DNA of 64,000 bases, taken from assembly GCA_951406725.2 (NCBI GenBank), contig OX597815.1:129332001-129396000 (forward strand), given 5' to 3'. Below the pieces are notes generated by a model. The model made no database searches and had not been told where the DNA came from. It saw only the letters and a list, made by a program, of their open reading frames with translations. The position numbers were made by a program, and so were the translations under genes. Positions 51,266 to 64,000 of this stretch are shown in pieces (position 1 is the stretch's first letter; each line of letters begins with the position of its first letter). The stretch comes from Octopus vulgaris. Taxonomy: Eukaryota.

Positions 51266-52928
51266 ATATATATAGAATGTGTGTGTGCGTGTGGTTCAAG
51301 TTTGATAAACATAGGAATGTTGGTGGTGTTATAAAATGTGAATGTATACAAAGGAGTAGCTGGTACCATATGTATGCTTGTATGGGGGTGAGGATGGGAA
51401 TCCTGTGCATGCAATTTTCAGAATGATGTTGATGCAACAGCACTAGTTTCCAAATAGGTACATCATGGCAGATATTTGAAAAATGGCAATGGTAGTGGAA
51501 TTGTGTGGGTGCACAGCAGGAAGAGAATAGGTTTTGCATATGCTATGAAAAAATATGAAAACCTTGGGAAAGAAAAAAAAACTCTAATGTAAGTAATTAA
51601 GGGACATGCTAAATTAAATATAAAAAAGTTAACTAATTAACTTCATTAATTCACAGATGAGTATATATACACACTCACACACAATTTTTATAATGCAGAT
51701 TTGCATGGTTTAGGTTCTTCAGAGTAAAAGTGAAATATTGGGAAAGTGAGAAATTAATTCAGATAATTAGTTCATTTGTCTTCTGAATAATTAAGCTTGC
51801 TTATATTTCTGAAACCATGCTGTTAAAAATGTGACTGATAGGAAAGTTATTGACCCAAGAACTAAGAGATAAATATCTTCCATTGGGAGGCCCTCCATTC
51901 TACTTATGAAGTCCAGAGATTCTGTTTTATTTTGCATACTATGTATGCACTTTTGGTTGTCATTGCTGTCTTTCTTTACTTATTACTGCTTTCTGTCATC
52001 ATTTGTATCCTTTTCCAATAAGTTGTATTGCACCCGAGCATTGTATACCAACAGCTCATTATCATAAAAACATTGATTTTCTCCAAGTTCTCCAGGCCCA
52101 GAAATCAGCTGTTATAGTTTAACCGTAGCTCAGCACTGATCAAATCCATCAATAATCAAAATATAGTCCAGATGTGATCATTGTATTTTTCTTTCTATTT
52201 TTTTTTTTACTTTCATATTCAGTATATTTTTGACCACATTATCCCAAAGTGTTCTTAACTTTTTATAAGACTTTTAGATTTGGCTGCTATTTCTAGCAGG
52301 CTGAATGACCAGGTAGAAGTTCTGGTCATGGATTTTATGTCCTAGATTTTATCGATGTTGTACCAATACAACAGATGTTATGTTGTTATTGCTGCTGTTG
52401 TTCCTTCATGAATAACTATTTTAAACATTAGTTTTACAATCAATACTGGTTTCCAGATATGAAAACTTTATTCATCTGACAATATGTACTGCAGTTTGTG
52501 ATTATGGTGATAACATAGTGCTTAAGGAATGAAAAATTAAAAAAAAGTTTATAATAAAAATGAAAACTGCTCTTTTTTAGGTTTTCTTTTGCTAAATTGA
52601 AAAAAATGAAGTGGTTAGTTTTGACATGAATCTTTTGCAGATGTTTTATTTTAAAGCTGCTTGTTAGAATATAGTTTTTCAGATAGTTTTTATTCTTCTT
52701 TGATGAATAGTTGTGAGACTTAGAAGTTAGCGTCATAAATGTAATTTCAAGTTCAGTTCCACAGTGTGACATGAACAAAATAATCAGTTAAAATTGCTTA
52801 AAAATGTTGCTCATAATAATTGGTTTTAGCAACAAAGTTCCTTGTGCAAGTGTCTTCTGCTATAGCCTTGGGCTGACTAATACCTTGTGACAGAGTCTGG
52901 CAGTCAGAAACTCTCTGGAGCTTGTTTA

Positions 52929-52929
<1 letters not shown>

Positions 52930-52990
<61 letters not shown>
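52930..52990. repeat. (TG)n microsatellite within a SINE B remnant
   Basis: Seen directly. Confidence 0.95.
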
Positions 52991-53000
<10 letters not shown>

Positions 53001-53137
53001 ACTTTAAGTTAGTTAAAATAGGGTTGACATGTTTCAACTTCTAAAAACCAAATCCATTGCAGTTTCTGTTGAGTAAAACATATTCTAATAAACCTAAAAT
53101 TCATTTATTCCCAATCACTGCTTGATGCTGATGATGT

Positions 53138-53175
<38 letters not shown>

Positions 53176-53179
53176 CACA

Positions 53180-53470
53180 CACATATATGTCCACATTTAC
53201 TTTCCTGGGTCAGACGGAGTTAATTGAGGCAGATTTTCTTTGGTTGGCTGCTCTTCCTGACACCAACTCTCACGTTTCTAAGCAAGGTAATACTTTTCCA
53301 TGTCCAGACATGTTTCTGTGGGGTAGTGGAAGTGTATGGCACTTTTTTGCATGACAGTGACACACATAACTATCATGTTATGTCAAGACAAAGAAGCATG
53401 TGCACACACACAAGCATAGATGCAATGAGCTTCTTTCAGTTTGTCTCTGCTGAATCTACTCACAAGAACT
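53180..53470 (-). mobile_element. SINE family B2 copy
   Basis: Reverse complement of 45858-46262. Confidence 0.7.
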
Positions 53471-53567
53471 ATTGCAGGCGTAGCTGTGTGGCAAGAAGTT
53501 TGCTTTCCAGTCGCATGGTCCCAGGTTCAGTCTCACTGCGTGGGTAAGTGACTTTTCATGATTTTAT

Positions 53568-53975
53568 AGGCGTAGGAGTGGCTGTGTGGTAAGTAGCTTG
53601 CTTACCAACCACATGGTTCCGGATTCAGTCTCATTGTGTTGCACCTTGGGCAAGTGTCTTCTACTATAGCCTCAGGCCAACCAAAGCCTTGTGAGTGTAT
53701 TTGGTGGATGGAAACTGAAAGAAGCCCGTCGTAGATATGTGTGTGTGTCTGTGTGTATATATATGTGTGTCTGTGTGTATGTTTGTGTCTGTTTGTCCCC
53801 CCAACATGGCTTGATAACCGATGCTGGTGTATTTACATTCCCGTAACTTAGCGGTTCAGCAAAAGACCAACAGAATAAGTACTAGGCTTACCAAGAATAA
53901 GTACTGGGGTCAATTTGCTTGAATAAAGGCGGTGCTCCTGCATGGCCTCAGTCAAATGACTGAAACAAGTAAGAG
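53568..53975 (+). mobile_element. SINE family B, full length
   Basis: ggcgtaggagtggctgtgtggtaagtagcttgc...gcaccttgggcaagtg...gactgaaacaagtaaga. Confidence 0.9.
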
Positions 53976-54931
53976 TTTCTTTTTTTTTTTTTTTTTAGAA
54001 TGTTTGAGAGATTATTTATTGATATATTAACATGTGTGTCTGTGTGTGCATCATGTAAACAGAATAATAGACAGGCCGTTATGAAAACAATGTGTATGTG
54101 TGTATAGGCATGGATATAGCAGTGATGGAGAAAGTGATTCTATAATGAGAAGTTAGATGAATGTTCATAGACATATGAATGAGAAATATCAGTTCATAGC
54201 CACAACTTCTTGACACAATATTTCAATCACCGTGTACAATTGACTATGATGCAGATTCGGTTGTGGTACGTGTTGTATGAAGTTATAGCTGTAAAGCTGC
54301 TACCTGGGTCACTTGTACAGGAGTTCTTGCAAGTTGTATATTCCGCTGTTAACCATGGTGAAGTAATTCACAAACAGTGCTATGTTGGAGCCTCTGCAGT
54401 CTTACTTGAGCTGTGTACATAGAGAGCTGATGTTGATGATGTTAAGAAGATGATGGTGGCAATGAAGATGGAGGTTCACTTGCATGTCTTTGGTTGACCT
54501 AGAGCTATTGTAGAAGACACTTGGCCAAGATGCAATGTAGTGGGATTGAAGCTAGAATCATTTTGCTGGAAAATGAACTTCAATCCCATACAGTTATGTC
54601 TGCCTATTCCTAAATGAGAAAATATAATTTTGAAGCAGTTTCTCTGCAACAAATTGCTCATAATGTTGTTCTACAATCAATATGGATTTCAAAATCTTCC
54701 TTTTGGTGACATACTCTCATAGTTGTGGTCTATTATATATTGCAACTGAATCTAGCATGCAATTATCTTGAATAAATATATATATATTACATCATAATCT
54801 ATATATTTAGAAAATATTCTTAGTTTATAAATAGCATAAAAAAAAACATAAGTTAGACAGGAATTCTATAAAATGTGTCTAAGTAAGCACCTCATATCTA
54901 CACATCTTAAGGTAGCTTCATTACCAGTGTT

Positions 54932-55425
54932 TCATCATCAACATCCACTTTCCATGCTGGCATGGGCTGGACGGTTTGACTGAGGACTGGCAAGCCAGTA
55001 GGCTGTACCAGGCTCCAATCTGATCTGGCAAAGTTTCTACAGCTGGATGCCCTTTCTAATGCCAACCACTCCGAGAGTGTAGTGGGTGTTTTTTACATGC
55101 CACTGTCACAGGAGCCAGCCAGGTGGTACTGGCATTGGCCTTACTCAAATGGTACTTTTTACGTGCCACTGATACGGGTGCCAGTCAGGTGGCACTGGCA
55201 TTAGCTTTGCTTGAATGATGATTTTATGTGCCAGTGACACAGGAGCCAGTCAGGTGGCACCTGCATCAGCCTCACTCAAATAGTGCTTTTTACATGCCAC
55301 TGACAAGTGAGCCGGCCAGGCAGTCCTAGCATCAGCCACGCTCGAATGATGCTTTTTACGTGCCACCAGCAAGGGTGCCATCAGGCAGCACTGGCATTGG
55401 CCATGCTTGAATTGTGCTTTTGCAA
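54932..55425 (-). mobile_element. RTE-type 3' UTR fragment with an internal ~60-bp tandem array
   Basis: About six units of gtg-ttttta(c)-tgccac...gagccagtcaggtggcactggcat between ~55085 and 55420. Confidence 0.8.
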
Positions 55426-56037
55426 TATGTAAGACAATGCTTTTAAACATTTTGACATCAATCAGGCAGAGACTACTCCTATGACACATGCTTCCAGTTT
55501 TAAAGATATGTAAACTAAAATATTCCATCAAAATTTCATCTTATCTACCAAATGCCTGCTTAATGAGGAGTTATTTTACTGAATTGTTCATTAATTTCAA
55601 AATTAATTGAGATGAAGGTAGTTTATTTCACCAGAAATAATAGTCACAAAATGGTTAAAACTTTCTTCTCACTTACATTAACTTGCATGTTCCTCAGGTA
55701 TCTGAAATTACTCTGATCATTTTCATTCATTCTTAAAGCTTAACACACCCCTACAATAATAACACCATCTGCTTATTTTCTCTTCAGTTTTACTCAAAAC
55801 AATAATTTACTCATTGTCGTAGCATCACCAGGGCTGCCACACATGTTTTGCAGTAGGGTTGCATCAACATAATTAGTAATATTTTGATTTTGGAGTTGCT
55901 AAATATAATTAACTTGAAACAGAATTGCATTATTACTCTTCTATCTCTATGAATATTTGTGTGTGCGGGTTTGAGTGCGTGTGTGTGCGCATGCGTGCGT
56001 GCGTGTGTGTGCGTGTATACACACTCACATACATACA

Positions 56038-56642
56038 GGCACAGACATGGATATGTGGTAAGAGCTTGCTTCCCAACCACATGATTCCTGGTTCAATTCC
56101 ATTGCATGACACCTCGAGCAAGTGTCTTCTTTGCCTCACACTAACCAAAGCCTTGTGGGTGGATTTGGTAGACAGAAACTGTAGCAAGCTGGCAGGGTGA
56201 AATGCTTAGCAGTATATCATCTGTCACTACGTTCTGAGTTCAAATTCCGCTGAGGTCGACTTTGCCTTTCATCCTTTCAGGGTCAATTAAATAAGTACCA
56301 GTTATGCACTGGGGTCGATATAATCGACTTAATCTGTTTGTCTGTCCTTGCTTGTCCCCTTTGTGTAGCCCCTTGTGGGCAGTAAAGAAATAAGAAACTG
56401 AAAGAAGCCTGTTGTATATATGACTGTATGTGTCTTTCTATTTGTTTGTCCCCAGCGACCACTTGACAACCGGTGTTGGTATGTTTACATACCCATAACT
56501 TCGCAGTTTGGCAAAAGAGGCTAATAAAATAAATACTAGGCTTTAAAAAAAAGTCCTGGGTGAACTGAAACTCATTGACTTAAACCCTTTAAGGCGGTGC
56601 CCTAGCATAGCTGTATTCAAATGACTGAAATGAGTGAAAAGA
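56038..56642 (+). mobile_element. SINE family B containing a nested family A-related SINE (56182-56392)
   Basis: Host SINE interrupted with duplication of agaaactg (56174-56181, 56393-56400). Confidence 0.8.
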
Positions 56643-56724
56643 TTTTTAAAAAATAAATAAATTTATATATGCTAGCGAGACCCTTGAATATTTCACTTAA
56701 TTAATGGTAAACGTTTTGGGTTAT

Positions 56725-57101
56725 TTACTCTTTTACTTGTTTCAGTCATTTGACTGTGGCCATACTGGAGCACCACCTTTAGTCGAGGAAATTAACCCCA
56801 GGACTTATTCTTTGTAAGCCTAGTACTTATTCTATTGGTCTCTTTTGCCGAACCGCTAAGTTATGGGGACATAAACACTCCACCATCGTTTGTCAAGCGA
56901 TGTTGGGGGGACAAATACAGACACACACACACACACACACAACGGGCTTCTTTCAGTTTCCGTCTACCAAATCCACTCACAAGGCTTTGGTTGGCCCGAG
57001 GCTATAGTTGAAGACACTTGCCCAAGGTGCCATGCAGTGGGACTTGACCAGAACCATGTGGTTCGTAAACAAGCTACTTACCACACAGCCACTCCTATGC
57101 C
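56725..57101 (-). mobile_element. SINE family B, full length
   Basis: Reverse complement of 53568-53975 and 59003-59445. Confidence 0.9.
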
Positions 57102-57544
57102 TATTTCTGAAAACTTGATCCAAAAAATCTGAAAGCATAGCCTGTGTTGTATTTGTATCAAAAGATAGCCATTCATCTGCAAATAATTGAAAAGTGAATG
57201 AAATTGGAATACAATGGTTACTTAATGCATTTTATATACTTTATATACAATCTTATAAACTTAATACACAGCACTCTCCCTCTTTCTTTCTCACTCTTTG
57301 CCTTACCTCTTTTTCTTTCTCCTTTTTCTTTCACTCTTCGCCTTTCCCTTCAACCAATCACATGAAAGTGTTACAGATGGGCTAAGTAATGGAGGATACT
57401 TCAAAAAAAAAATTACACATTTCACCCCCCTCTCCCCTTCCTCCTTTTCTCTCTCCCTCGTCCACTAATCATATGGACGTGTTACAGACAGGCTAAGTAA
57501 CAGAGGAACAAGCAGAATTATAAGATTGTGAGATATTCCTATGT

Positions 57545-57950
57545 AGGTGTGTGGTAGGAAGTTTGCTTCCCATCCACATGGTTTCAGGTTCAGTCTCATT
57601 GCACTACCTGGAACCTTGGGCAAGTGTCTTTTACTAAACTTCTAGAAAACTAAACCCCTGTGAGTGGTTTTGGTTGAAAACTGAAAAGAAGCCTGTCATA
57701 TGAGTGTGACTCTGTTTGTGTTACCTTCTTTATGTCTTGACTTTGTGTGATAGTTGTAAACAAGTGCCACCATTATGCAAGCAGAGTCCTTCATTTCCAG
57801 TCTTCTATGAAAACCTGGTCATAGGGAAATATTGTTACTTGGAGACAGGTGAGGGTTTACAACAGTAAGGACATCGAGCTGTTGAAAATCTATGACGAGA
57901 AATTGTGCTTGATTCACACAAGCATAGAGAAGTGGGCATTAAAATGATTT
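57545..57950 (+). mobile_element. SINE family B2 copy
   Basis: Head plus gggaaatattgttacttggagacaggtgaggg...agcatagagaagtgggcattaaa. Confidence 0.65.
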
Positions 57951-57954
57951 CACA

Positions 57955-58112
57955 TGTGCACACATACATCACATACATACATACACCACACACACACACA
58001 CACACACACACCACATGCACACTCTGCATGCACACACACCGCACATGCACACACACCACGTGCACACACACACCACACGCATGCCACACACGCACGCCAC
58101 ACACCATACATA
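57955..58112. repeat. CA-rich low-complexity tract
   Basis: Seen directly; explains the three His/Thr/Cys-rich ORFs here. Confidence 0.9.
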
Positions 58113-58276
58113 CCCATATTCTCAAATTGTTTGTCTTCTATATAGTGAAAACTGCATCTTGAGCATTTGATGTACCAGTCTTAAACAGATCCTTATTGTT
58201 TCCATTTCAAGACCTATTTAGCTTATTCTCAATTTTATCTCCAAGTCGTCACAACTAAGATAACATTTCACTATTC

Positions 58277-58711
58277 TGTGTCAGGAGTGTTTATTGAGCG
58301 AAAACACCTAAAGCTTCACGAGGCTCCGGCAGTGGGTGGTGGTGAACTCTACTGTACTCTTTCACCACAACTTTCTCTCACTCTTTCTTCCTGTTTCTGT
58401 TGTACCTGTATTTCAAAGGGCCAGCCTTGTCACACTCTGGGTCATGCTGAATCTCACCGAGAACTATGTTAAGGGTACATGTGTCTGTGGAGTGCTCAGC
58501 CACTTGCACGTTAATAAATGAGCTGCAACGTCACTGGTGCCAAGCTGTATTGGCTTTTGCCTTTCCCTTGGATAACATCGGTGGCATGGAGAGGGGAGGT
58601 TGGTATGCATGGGCGACTGCTGGTCTTCCATAAACAACCTTTCCCAGACTTGTGCCTCAGAGGGTAACTTTCTAGGTGCAATGCCATGGTCAGTCATGAC
58701 CGAAGGGGGTC
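58277..58711 (+). mobile_element. SINE related to family C, head missing, different 3' module
   Basis: Starts gtgtttattgagcgaaaa and contains ctttcaccacaactttctctc as in 16025-16240. The 3' part (ggtgccaagctgtattggc...cccttggataacatcggtggc) resembles RTE 5' UTR-type sequence (from recall). Confidence 0.55.
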
Positions 58712-59002
58712 ACAACAACACAACAAGTATGGCCTGTTATTACCCCACATTGAACAACAATATTAGAGGTGGGTGGATTGCATCCTTAAGTCTCCTCTTT
58801 GGTCTTATGCTCATTTGAGATGTTTTGAGCCTTCATGAAAAGCTTTGTGAACTTACGAAGGTGATTTTGAAGCTCTTTCATAGTCCAGGTTCACAAATAC
58901 AGATTCATCTGAAATGGTATATCTAGTCTGAGCTACAAATACGCCCTGCATCACACAGTTTGCAAGAAATAGCAGTCAAATTTCTCTCATATCCTATACT
59001 AT

Positions 59003-59182
59003 AGGTGCAGGAGTAGCTGTGTGGTAAGTAGCTTGCTTACCAACCACATGGTTTCGGGTTCATTCCCACTGCGTGGCACCTTGGGCATGTGTCTTCTACT
59101 ATAGTCTCAGGTCGACCTAAGCCTTGTGAGTGGATTTGGTAGATGGAAACTGAAAGAAACCCTCATATATATGTATATGTAT

Positions 59183-59216
<34 letters not shown>

Positions 59217-59445
59217 GTGTGTGTGTATATGTTTGTGTGTCTGTGTTTGTCTTCCCAACATCGCTTGACAACCGATGGTGGTGTGTTTACGTCCCCGTAA
59301 CTTAGCGGTTCAGCAAAAGAGCCTGATAGAATAAGTACTAGGCTTCCAAAGAATAAGTCCTAGGGTCGATTTGCTCGACTAAAGGCGGTGCTCCAGCATG
59401 GCCACAGTCAAATGACTGAAACAAGTAAAAGAGAGTAAAAAGAGT
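59003..59445 (+). mobile_element. SINE family B, full length
   Basis: Head with A/B-box-like motifs, ccttgggca-gtg CORE-like segment, (TA)n/(TG)n middle and gagtaaaa repeat tail. Confidence 0.9.
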
Positions 59446-60582
59446 ATTCTTTGTAAAGACACTAGAGTATCTAAGTAGTCTTAGATATATTAGATAAATC
59501 AGAAAATAGATGGTCATGCTTGGATTGATTTTGATTATAGGTCTCTTCAGTCAAGGTCGACCTAGAGTTAAGCAACAGCCATGTCTACATCTACCTTGTT
59601 ATTGTCGTCTTTATTTCTGAACCATAGGTCTGTTCATAGCACTGGCACTTATTTGGCTTCTATAATATCTAAAAATTAGACTAAGTTACCCATCTGTTGC
59701 AAGTTTGTTACTCAATCTCTGTTCTGCACTAACAGAATGTAAACTCAAAGCTGCAAGCCACCAAAACTGTTATTTTAAACATTTCTAAACATTCAGTCAG
59801 TTTGTCATACCATGTTCAAGCTACTTCTTATTTGGTGAAAAGACTGTGTATATACTGGAACAGTGTGTGCTAAATGTAATAATCAAGTAAAACTAGACAA
59901 TACTCTGATAAAGCAAATGCTCTATATTTAAATGACAGAATTATGTTTATAAATAGTACAATAGACAGACACATGTATTATAAAATGTACTAATAGCTCA
60001 TCTTGAATACAAATATCTGTTTTTACGATTGCTTCCTTACTGTTGCATAAGTAGATAGCAGCATTTCTATCATGGCCCTAAAAAAATCCTTCAACTTTAA
60101 AATCATTACATTAATTATCTATAATTAATGAACAGAAAACAACTCTTTGTGATGTTACTTTTGCTTGAAATAATAATAATATCTTTACACAGTTCTACTT
60201 GTTGGCGAACCTTTCAGCTATGTTCATGCATTCTACCTTAACCAATTTAGTTTTACATGAGGTTAAATTACTAAAGAAATGGATCCTGTTAGTATTCATG
60301 AAATGAAATGGTATTTACATGAATATGGTATTTGTTAAAGTTAAAAAAATTATGGCGTTAGTCTTAAACTAAGAATTGCTGTTAGTATTTTAGTTTTTCT
60401 CATCAAGGCGACGAATTGGCAGTCTTTGGAGCTTTAGATAGAATGCTTTATGTAATGTGTTTTGTGTTGAGTTTTGCCTTTCATTCTTCCAGGGTCAGTG
60501 TCTCTTCTTCTAACTAAAATATTTAAAAAAATGGAGTGCTCCAGAAGAGCCACTGTCAAATGCTGAAACAAGTAAAAGAATA

Positions 60583-60792
60583 ATCTTTTCTACTCTATGC
60601 CCCAAATTTTGTAGGAGCGGGGTGCCAATCAATTAGCTCAACCCCAGTATGTAGCTGGTACTTAATTTATCGACCCCAAAAGGATGAAAGGCAAAGTTGA
60701 CCTTGGCAGAATTTGAACTCAGAACATAAAGACAGACGAAATACCGCTAAGCATTTCGACTGGCATGCTAATGTTTCTGCCAGCTCACCTCC
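60583..60792 (-). mobile_element. SINE family A, near full length
   Basis: ctggtacttaatttatcgacccc...aaaggcaaagttgacc...gctaagcatttcg...gtttctgccagctc. Confidence 0.85.
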
Positions 60793-61459
60793 TTAAAAGT
60801 AAAAGAATAATAGAGATATAAAGAAGGTGGTGGAAATATGGCTCTTTCAATCAGTACTGATCCTTCTATTCCTCTGGGGATTAGATAGCTGTGAAGATAA
60901 GGTATTGAACTGTTTAATTTTGAATTGATTTCTGTTTCTGGTATTTTAATGTGTTTCTGGGAATGACACACACAATTCTTCAGTCTTAGTTTAATCAGCT
61001 GTTTATGGGTACCAGATGATTATCTGAAAAAGGGATACCTCTGATATCCATTTTGTCAACAAAAAGTGACATCAGAACCATCCATAGACTGGTGTCCTAT
61101 CCATATATATATATGATAATTTGCAGTTTATATTTGCAATATTCCAAAAATATTTACTGGTTAGGGTGAGGTAGATCTTCTTTTGACAATAAATAAATTA
61201 ATTGATTAAACAAATCAAATTTTGATTTCTTATAATTTATTTTGAAGAAATAAACATTGTGTTGTATATAATTATTTTTTTGGTTCAATTTATTTAAAAA
61301 AATTCAGTTAATACAACTGTCTGCCAAAACATTAAATTTAACTTCTGTTTACTACTTAGCCTAAATAATTGCTTACTTGAAGGCAGCTGGGAAACCAGAC
61401 CAACGTACTTTCTCTAATACAGAAACAAATTTACAGATATATTATTTCAAGAAAACATC

Positions 61460-61830
61460 ATCATTGCTGTTTTAACATCTACATTTCTATGCTTGTATAG
61501 CTCTGACAGAATTCACCGAAGCAGGTTTTCTAAAGTTAGATGCCTTCCATTGCCAACCCTTACTTGATTCCAAGTGAGGTAATATTTCCACATGGCTAGA
61601 CATGTTTCCATGAAAGACTCCATTTGAATAACTGATGCTCATTTATAACTATCCCATGATGTCAAGGCACACACACACACACACACACACACACTTTTAA
61701 TTTCTGTCCACCATATCCATTTACAAGGTTTTAGTCTGCCAAGGGCTGTAGTAGAAACTTGAAGGTACTATGCTGTGAGATTGTTTCCAAGCCATGTGAT
61801 ATTGGGTTCAAACTATTTAACTACACAGTC
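61460..61830 (-). mobile_element. SINE family B2 copy
   Basis: gatgccttccattgccaaccct...ggtaatatttcccacatggctagacatg...gatgtcaagg. Confidence 0.7.
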
Positions 61831-62066
61831 TTGCCTTGCATAAACCATTACTTGCAACAATGTTTTTACAAAATATTTTCCTTTTTCTAATTATTACATT
61901 CTTTTCTGTAAGTTTATACATAACCTATAAGTTCTCTAAGTTTAAATATAGTCTATTATCATTCCAAGTCTTATCATATCTAAGTTTGTCTGTGAAACCT
62001 GCAAAGTGCTGATCATTGGTGTAGTTGTTATTTTAGAACTGAGAATAGTAAGTAGTATTTATTGTA

Positions 62067-62260
62067 CATCATCATCCTCATTTAATATCTGTTTTCCATG
62101 CCGGCATGGGTTGGACATTTTGATAGGAGGTGGCAAGCCAGAGGGCTGCACCAAGTTCCAGTTGTCTGTTTTAACATGGTTTTTATGGCTGGATGCCCTT
62201 CCTAATACTAACCACTTTACAGTGTGTAGTGGGTGCTTTTTATGTGATGCCAGCACTGTA
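62067..62260 (-). mobile_element. RTE-type 3' UTR fragment
   Basis: catcatc...ccatgccggcatgggttggac...ggctggatgcccttcctaat. Confidence 0.75.
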
Positions 62261-62914
62261 ACACCCAGCAAAAATATTATTCTGTAGAAATAGAAGTCAA
62301 AACTCCCTCAAGTAACTCTTGTCTTAAAGGAAGGAAAGATGCATTGAGTATTTACTCAATAGATTGTTGTGACTAAAATTCCTTTGACTTTAGATTCGCT
62401 TGATCAGAGTTGTCTTGTGGATAAATGAAAACAGATGCAGTTTTTAGTTATTCCACCTTGCTCTCCAAGTTGGGTTTGAATTTAATTTCATCACGCTTTG
62501 GTCCATAAAATATCTTTGTCATTTCTTTCAAATTTGTGACCTTGTGAAAAATCATTATGCCAATGTGAAAAGTCATTGCAGACTTGTAGCCTTGGTCAAT
62601 TCTGCTCAGTAAATATAGCAATAATATTACTTACTGATCAAATGTGATTGTTAAACTCAATACCTTTTTGATACACAGAAATAAGACCTGCTTCATGTCA
62701 ACTGGTTTTGATGCTGGTCACCAGGTTTTATATGAAGGTGAATGGCCTAGTGGTGAGGATTTTATACTCAAGATTATAAGATTATCGGTTCACTTTCTAG
62801 TCCAGGTGGTACATTGTGTTCTTGAGGAAGACACTTCATTTCATTCTTGCTCCAGTTCACTTACCTGCAAATGAGTTGCAGCAGTAGCTGGGAAGTTAAC
62901 TCTGTGAGAGACTG

Positions 62915-63015
62915 ATGTCACATTCAGGTGTGTGTCAGGTGAATGTCATAGTCTCATTCACTTGTGTCACATTCAGATGTGAGTGGGGGTAAATGTCATA
63001 ATCTCATTCACTTAC
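62915..63015. repeat. Local tandem duplication (~50 bp x2)
   Basis: tgtcacattcag-tgtg-gt...aatgtcata-tctcattcactt occurs twice. Confidence 0.75.
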
Positions 63016-64000
63016 ATGACCTGGAAAGTAAGTTTCCAAATTTATATTGTGAGAAAATACTCATCTTAAGATTCTGTCCTCAGATCCTGTGATTTTCAGT
63101 TTAAATTCACTGATAGTTTGTTTAGTTACAATTTAATTACAAGGAGATAAATAAACAGAAAAGGAAAAGAAAGGAACAGGATTAAGCAACAGATGGGAGC
63201 AAAACAGAGGGAGCAAAAGGTGCACACTCTAGAATAAATGGTATGTTTAGTTGTACTCCATAGTCATGACTGCAATAGCACTGTTAAGGAGAATGGTCAG
63301 TGACACTTAATGCAGCAGCCTCTGTACCACACAGGGTTCATTTCTCATTTGTTTAGGGAGATTTGACTGTTGTATTCAGCAGATCAAGCTACACTGTAGA
63401 AAACTTGATATTATGAGCCATTGTAAGTGCTCCAGTTTTCAGTCCAATGTTTGTGTGGACAGGAAAATGGAAACCCAAAACTTCTGATATTTATATATTT
63501 TTTCTGCCATAAAATTCACTGGCAGTAAACGTTTATATGTATACATGGCTAGACACCAAGAAATATCTTGGAATTATTTTTCCTATCTTCTAAATTTTAT
63601 TTTCATTCTATGTTTTTGTCTGCAATATGAAATTTTTTTTATTTAAATGTTGTATCAGAAATTTATTTATATTTCATTATCTCAATTTACTCACAGCATG
63701 CCAAGACACTTCAAATGATTCATCTTAATTAAATGACGGTACCTACATATGAGGTATCAAAAGTTGTATTATTTCTGAAGAAAATTAAGTAAATCTTTAC
63801 TGAACATTAGTTACATCTTGTTTTAACATTTGTGTTTGAATTTTCTCAATTTTTTTTATTGTCATAATAAATTTTACACCTGTTTTATAAGTTGGCATGA
63901 GTATTTGTAGAATTTGTTTTCTCTAATGTATTTTGTTAATGTTTTGATAGCTTGATCTTCTAAACTGTCTAATTATCTTGAAAAAATTATTTATAATATC

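Noticed and set aside
57835-58162. Cys/His-rich metal-binding protein ORFs
   Set aside because: Translation artefacts of a CA-rich tract.

Overview
AT-rich eukaryotic DNA, not prokaryotic, with no recognisable intact host protein-coding exon. The dense tRNA-derived SINEs, RTE/CR1/Tx1/RLE LINE relics and microsatellites look like a coleoid cephalopod (Octopus-like) genome; this is inferred from repeat content only. The best-supported feature is a complete hAT (Buster/Charlie-like) DNA transposon at 25384-28169. It has TIRs, a perfect 8-bp TSD and a reconstructable 589-aa transposase broken by one nonsense codon, one frameshift and a nested 406-bp solo LTR carrying a symmetric ETS/NRF1-like cassette. 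Other notable structure: a CpG-retaining domain (~9.0-28.5 kb) inside CpG-depleted flanks that starts at a candidate promoter/non-coding first exon; a ~700-bp near-perfect palindrome; three fold-back elements with hammerhead-like core words (Penelope-like); a mariner derivative built from two 5' ends; an R4/Dong-like LINE inside TAA repeats; modular SINE families; and many inverted SINE pairs. Most supplied ORFs are spurious. Coordinates of degraded repeats are by eye and approximate.
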